This document shows positions 26,230-29,521 of a stretch of DNA of 29,521 nt, one piece after another. The position numbers and the translations under genes are program-made. Positions within the stretch are counted from its first letter, which is position 1; each line of letters starts with the position of its first letter. Source of the stretch: Nitrospinota bacterium. GTDB lineage: Bacteria > Nitrospinota_A > UBA7883 > JACRGQ01. Location: NCBI GenBank assembly GCA_016212275.1, contig JACRGR010000062.1, forward strand, positions 1-29,521. The letters are read 5' to 3'. The notes under the pieces were generated by a model. It ran no database searches and was not told the DNA's origin. It saw only the letters and a list, made by a program, of their open reading frames with translations.

Positions 26230-26298
26230 TCCGCAGATTTCACGGATTCCGCAGATGAAAATAGATCATCAATCCGTGTCATCTGTGTAATCTGCGGA
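26230..26298. promoter_or_regulatory. dyad-symmetric CAGAT repeat cluster between convergent genes (bidirectional terminator or protein-binding site)
   Basis: tCCGCAGATttcacggattCCGCAGATGAaaatagatcatcaatccgtgTCATCTGtgtaATCTGCGGa. Two direct TCCGCAGAT copies face two inverted ATCTG copies. A T-rich tract follows on the plus strand. Confidence 0.35.
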
Positions 26299-26374
26299 TA
26301 GAGTTCCTGTTTCTTATTCTCCATGCCTCGCGGTAATTCCGGATTGTTTGGAAGACAGTGGAAAGTGATGGGGG

Positions 26375-28075
26375 CTACCTGATCTGGGAGCCGGGTTCGC
26401 TCTCGGAAAGTTTCTTGATCATTTCCTGACGCAGGTTCTTCAAGTCGCCATAAGCTGCGAATTTTTCCGACTGCATCAGCTTGGGATTCACATACAGCGC
26501 TTCCATCAGCGCGAACGACGCCTGGGCCTGGTCCTGCATCTCCAAGAAGGTGGCCGCAAGTTCGCACAGCACCCATTCGCGGTGGCGCGGCTTGTGCATC
26601 AGCACGGTGCGCAGGACGGCGATCGCCTCGTCCTGCTTCATTTTTTCTTTCAGGCCGGTGACGTGCCGCATCCCCGCCGTCTTCATGTTTTCCACCACGA
26701 TCTCGCGGTCGGGCACCTGGAATTTAAGGAGTTCGGCGTAAATATCGAACGCCTTGGCGTACTGCCCGTTTTTCCGCAATTCGATGGCGAAATTATTGAA
26801 CGCCGGCCCGGCGTTTTCCGGATCCTCCGCCACCAGTCCCCTGAATATCTCCTCCGCGCGGGCGTAGTGCCCGTACCGCGCGAGCAAAATGGCGCGGTCT
26901 ATACGGGTATCCTCGCTGTTGTCCGAGATCATGTCTTCCTGGTCCCGCACTTTGTCCAGCACCCCCGCGCCGAACGACGAGACCGCCTCTTCCATGTCGG
27001 CGAACCCGATCCCGCGCACGTCGCTCTCCGCCAATGCGTTGAGAATCGGCGCATACGGCACGGGCGGGAGCTTCTCCGGCGTGGCCTGGTACTTATTTTC
27101 CATGTCCACCACGATCCGTTCGGCGTCCTTGAGGTACTTCAGCCCCATATCGAACCACTTGCGGGCCTTTTCCTCCCCTTCCGTTTCCGCCGCCGTCTTC
27201 ACCAGCGAAAGGCAACAAGCGCCGATCTTCGCATACGGGTCGGGCAGGGACTTTTCCATCTTTGACGCCTCGCGGAAATCGGTCAAAGCCGGAACGAACT
27301 GCTTGGTCTTGTAATATGCCTCGCCGCGCTCCATGAGGATGCTGAAATTCGGCCCCAGCGCGATGGCCTGCGTGAAGCAGAGTATCGCGTCCTCGTAATT
27401 CCCCTTTTTCACAAGGTCTTCACCCTTGCCCATCAGCTCGCGGTATTGCTTCACCTTCGCCGGTTCTTCGGCGGGGGCCTCCGGCGGGGCGGCCTGGGGC
27501 GCGGGGCCGTCCGCCTTGAGGATCCCCGCGAACGAGGCCAATGCGGCGAGCGTCTCCTCCACGTTTTTTTCCACCGGCGCGCCGTGCGAGAGGAACACGG
27601 CGTACCGAATGCCGAACGCCCCCAGCAGTTTGAACATCTCCAATTGCTTTTGCGAACTGGCGGCGCTCACGAATACCGGCACCAGCCCCCCGAACCGGCA
27701 GGAGGGGGAAGTGGTCTTCACCTCCCGCAGTAAGTTTATAAGGTTGTAGTCGGTGAACTTCGGTTTGTAGTGCAACATGACCAGATGGCCGTTCCCCAGC
27801 CACTTGACGATGTTGTGCACCAGCACCTTTACCTGCTGGTCCGGCTGGGGGTGGCTTTGGAACCCGATTCGCGTGAGCACGTCGGACATCTCGGTGGCGA
27901 GCGCCGCGTCCTCGACGCGGTAGGATACATGCCCGAACCGTTGGACGAGGGAATCCAGTATCGGCGCGTATTCGAGCGCTATCCTCTGTTTGAAAGGAAG
28001 GTTCTTGAGCGCGTCCTTGCTCGGCGTTTTGCCGGGCTTGGAAGCGCCCGGATTGCCGTCTTCGCCATTCCCCAT
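26375..28075 (-). CDS. TPR-repeat protein with an N-terminal domain of unknown type (possibly a degenerate receiver) and a Pro/Ala-rich linker
   Basis: 566 aa. The C-terminal two thirds are canonical TPR units (e.g. YEDAILCFTQAIALGPNFSILMERGEAYYKTKQFVPAL). A PEAPAEEPAK linker follows the N-terminal 190-aa domain. A 3-nt gap separates it from the upstream REC-TPR gene. Confidence 0.8.
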   Translation of the reverse strand: MGNGEDGNPGASKPGKTPSKDALKNLPFKQRIALEYAPILDSLVQRFGHVSYRVEDAALATEMSDVLTRIGFQSHPQPDQQVKVLVHNIVKWLGNGHLVMLHYKPKFTDYNLINLLREVKTTSPSCRFGGLVPVFVSAASSQKQLEMFKLLGAFGIRYAVFLSHGAPVEKNVEETLAALASFAGILKADGPAPQAAPPEAPAEEPAKVKQYRELMGKGEDLVKKGNYEDAILCFTQAIALGPNFSILMERGEAYYKTKQFVPALTDFREASKMEKSLPDPYAKIGACCLSLVKTAAETEGEEKARKWFDMGLKYLKDAERIVVDMENKYQATPEKLPPVPYAPILNALAESDVRGIGFADMEEAVSSFGAGVLDKVRDQEDMISDNSEDTRIDRAILLARYGHYARAEEIFRGLVAEDPENAGPAFNNFAIELRKNGQYAKAFDIYAELLKFQVPDREIVVENMKTAGMRHVTGLKEKMKQDEAIAVLRTVLMHKPRHREWVLCELAATFLEMQDQAQASFALMEALYVNPKLMQSEKFAAYGDLKNLRQEMIKKLSESEPGSQIR

Positions 28076-28078
28076 AGG

Positions 28079-29284
28079 TCAGCCTTTCGGATTTTGCATG
28101 CGGCGGGCAAGCGTCTCGAGTTCTTTTTTCGCTTCCTGCAAACGGGGGTTGAGGTGCGTGACCTTCGTGAAGAGCTTGAACGCCTCTTCCAGCTTGTTCC
28201 CCTCCACATACGCCTTGGCCATATTGAAGTACAGCCCTTCGTCGTGCGGGTCCACCTTGATGGCCTTTTCGTATTCCGTGATCGCCTCCTGCCATTTCCC
28301 CTGCCGGCGCAGGGCGATACCCAGCCGGTTGTAGATATGCACGCTATCGGCGTGCTTCTCCAGCGTTTTCCGGAAAAACCCTTCCGCCATTTGGGGCTTG
28401 CCCTGGGTGAGCAGTTCTTCCGCGATCTCGGTGGCCTTGCGCGGATCATACCGCACCGCGTTTTCAAGCGCCGCGCGGGCCGCTACGTCGTCCCCTTTTT
28501 TCATGTGTATCTTGGCGATCTCCACATGCCGCTCCGCGTTCGCCGGGCTTATCTCGGACGCTTTTTGGAGCGAGGAGAGGGCGGCGGCTTCGTCCCCCTG
28601 CTTCATGTACACTTCGGCGCTTTTCACATGCGCCTTCAGGTACTGCGGGTTGCTGACCACCGCCTCCTGGTACACCGCTTGGGCCTTGTCGTACTCGCCC
28701 ATCAGTTCGTGCAGATCCCCGATGTGCACCAGCACGCGGGCGCTCCCCTGCTTGTTCATCACCTCGTTGAAAACTGCCAGCGCCTTTTCGTACTGCCCCA
28801 TTTTCGCCAGCGCCTCGCCGGCCTTGAGCAGTTTCACATATTCCGGTGGATTTTCCCGCGCGTCCAGGATGGCCTCTATTTTCTCTTCCAGCGTCTTGGC
28901 CACGAACGGCTTGATGATATAGCCGTTCACGCCTATTTCCCCCGCCTGGGCCACTTGCCCCTTGTCTATCTCGGCGGTCACCATCAGTATCGGGGTGTCG
29001 TGTATCTTCGCGTCGGACCGTATCTCCCGCGCCGCGTGAATGCCGGGCAGGCGGGGCATATTCCAATCCAAGAGGGCGAAGAGGCACTTCTCCTCGTGGG
29101 TCTTGATGACCTTGATGGCGGTATCGCCGTCTTCCGCTTCGACGACGTTCATGATCCCCACTTGGCGGAGCATGTTCTTGAGCGTCTTCCGCATGTTGGA
29201 CATATCGTCCGCCACGAGGATATAGCCGCCTTTGAAATAGTCAGCCAGGGATAAAGGTTTTTTCCCTTGATCGGTAGAACTCAT
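28079..29284 (-). CDS. response-regulator receiver domain fused to TPR repeats
   Basis: 401 aa from an ATG overlapping the upstream stop (ATGA). CheY-like REC YILVADDMSNMRKTL...ALLDWNMPRLPGI...ILMVTAEID...GYIIKPF, then TPR units. The 29-aa N-terminal extension in the ORF track was rejected. Confidence 0.85.
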   Translation of the reverse strand: MSSTDQGKKPLSLADYFKGGYILVADDMSNMRKTLKNMLRQVGIMNVVEAEDGDTAIKVIKTHEEKCLFALLDWNMPRLPGIHAAREIRSDAKIHDTPILMVTAEIDKGQVAQAGEIGVNGYIIKPFVAKTLEEKIEAILDARENPPEYVKLLKAGEALAKMGQYEKALAVFNEVMNKQGSARVLVHIGDLHELMGEYDKAQAVYQEAVVSNPQYLKAHVKSAEVYMKQGDEAAALSSLQKASEISPANAERHVEIAKIHMKKGDDVAARAALENAVRYDPRKATEIAEELLTQGKPQMAEGFFRKTLEKHADSVHIYNRLGIALRRQGKWQEAITEYEKAIKVDPHDEGLYFNMAKAYVEGNKLEEAFKLFTKVTHLNPRLQEAKKELETLARRMQNPKG

Positions 29285-29521
29285 GCCTTGGCGCTTCCCT
29301 GGAATAACGCATCCAGTTCCTCCTTGGCTTCCTTGAAATCGGGTTGAAGTTCCGCCGCCTTCGAGAAGCATTTAGCCGCTTCCCGCTTGTTCCGTCCTTC
29401 AAGGTAAGCCTTCCCCATATTGAAATAGATTACCTCGTCTTCCGGGTCAATTGCCAGCGCTAGTTTATACTCGTCCACCGCCTCTTTCCATTTCCCCTGC
29501 CGCCGCAGGGCGATACCCAAG
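29281..29521 (-). CDS. TPR-repeat protein, C-terminal fragment (gene continues beyond the window end); paralogous to the C-terminus of the downstream REC-TPR protein
   Basis: ...GIALRRQGKWKEAVDEYKLALAIDPEDEVIYFNMGKAYLEGRNKREAAKCFSKAAELQPDFKEAKEELDALF* is closely similar to the C-terminus of the 28079-29284 protein (LGIALRRQGKWQEAITEYEKAIKVDPHDEGLYFNMAKAYVEG...). Confidence 0.7.
   Translation of the reverse strand, partial: LGIALRRQGKWKEAVDEYKLALAIDPEDEVIYFNMGKAYLEGRNKREAAKCFSKAAELQPDFKEAKEELDALFQGSAKA

Noticed and set aside
1-29521. CRISPR arrays, IS elements, integrases, phage genes, rRNA or tRNA genes.
   Set aside because: No regularly spaced direct repeats, no transposase or integrase-like translations, and no rRNA or tRNA-like sequence were found in any frame.

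Overview
High-GC bacterial chromosomal segment, densely coded. (1) 1-2834: end of a leucine-biosynthesis operon, leuC(3' end)-leuD-leuB-asd, with overlapping stop/start codons and a strong bidirectional rho-independent terminator. (2) 2840-3545: a roughly 700-bp gene-poor stretch containing only small-ORF candidates. (3) 3546-10834, minus strand: a six-gene, translationally coupled operon encoding a membrane complex related to complex I and group-4 [NiFe] hydrogenases. Subunits are NuoL/HyfB-like, NuoH/HycD-like, HyfE/NuoK-like, NuoN/M-like, a fused NuoC-NuoD/HycE-like large subunit and a NuoB/HycG-like small subunit. The large subunit lacks all NiFe-ligating cysteines, and there is no ferredoxin (NuoI/HycF) subunit and no NuoEFG module. 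This is an 'Ehr-type' complex (energy-converting-hydrogenase-related) that is not a hydrogenase and whose function is unknown; it is the most interesting system in the window. (4) Divergent from it: a PAS-PAS sensor histidine kinase tightly followed by an M3-family oligoendopeptidase F. (5) A five-gene sugar-nucleotide modification cluster with overlapping starts/stops (GT2, TM-anchored hypothetical, ATP-grasp, Gfo/Idh/MocA oxidoreductase, cytidylyltransferase). (6) A minus-strand signalling pair: HEAT-repeat class-III nucleotidyl cyclase plus a stand-alone cNMP-binding protein. (7) SPFH/band-7 protein, DUF374 acyltransferase and Kdo transferase (waaA/kdtA). (8) A LuxR-type response regulator. 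(9) Three consecutive minus-strand TPR proteins, one with a CheY-like receiver domain. Non-coding structure: three copies of a roughly 45-nt twin-hairpin REP-like repeat, one of them inside the Ehr operon; a 61-nt four-stem cloverleaf-like element upstream of kdtA; and a CAGAT dyad-repeat cluster between convergent genes. No rRNA, tRNA, CRISPR, transposase or integrase was seen. All calls come from reading the translations and motifs; no database search was possible.
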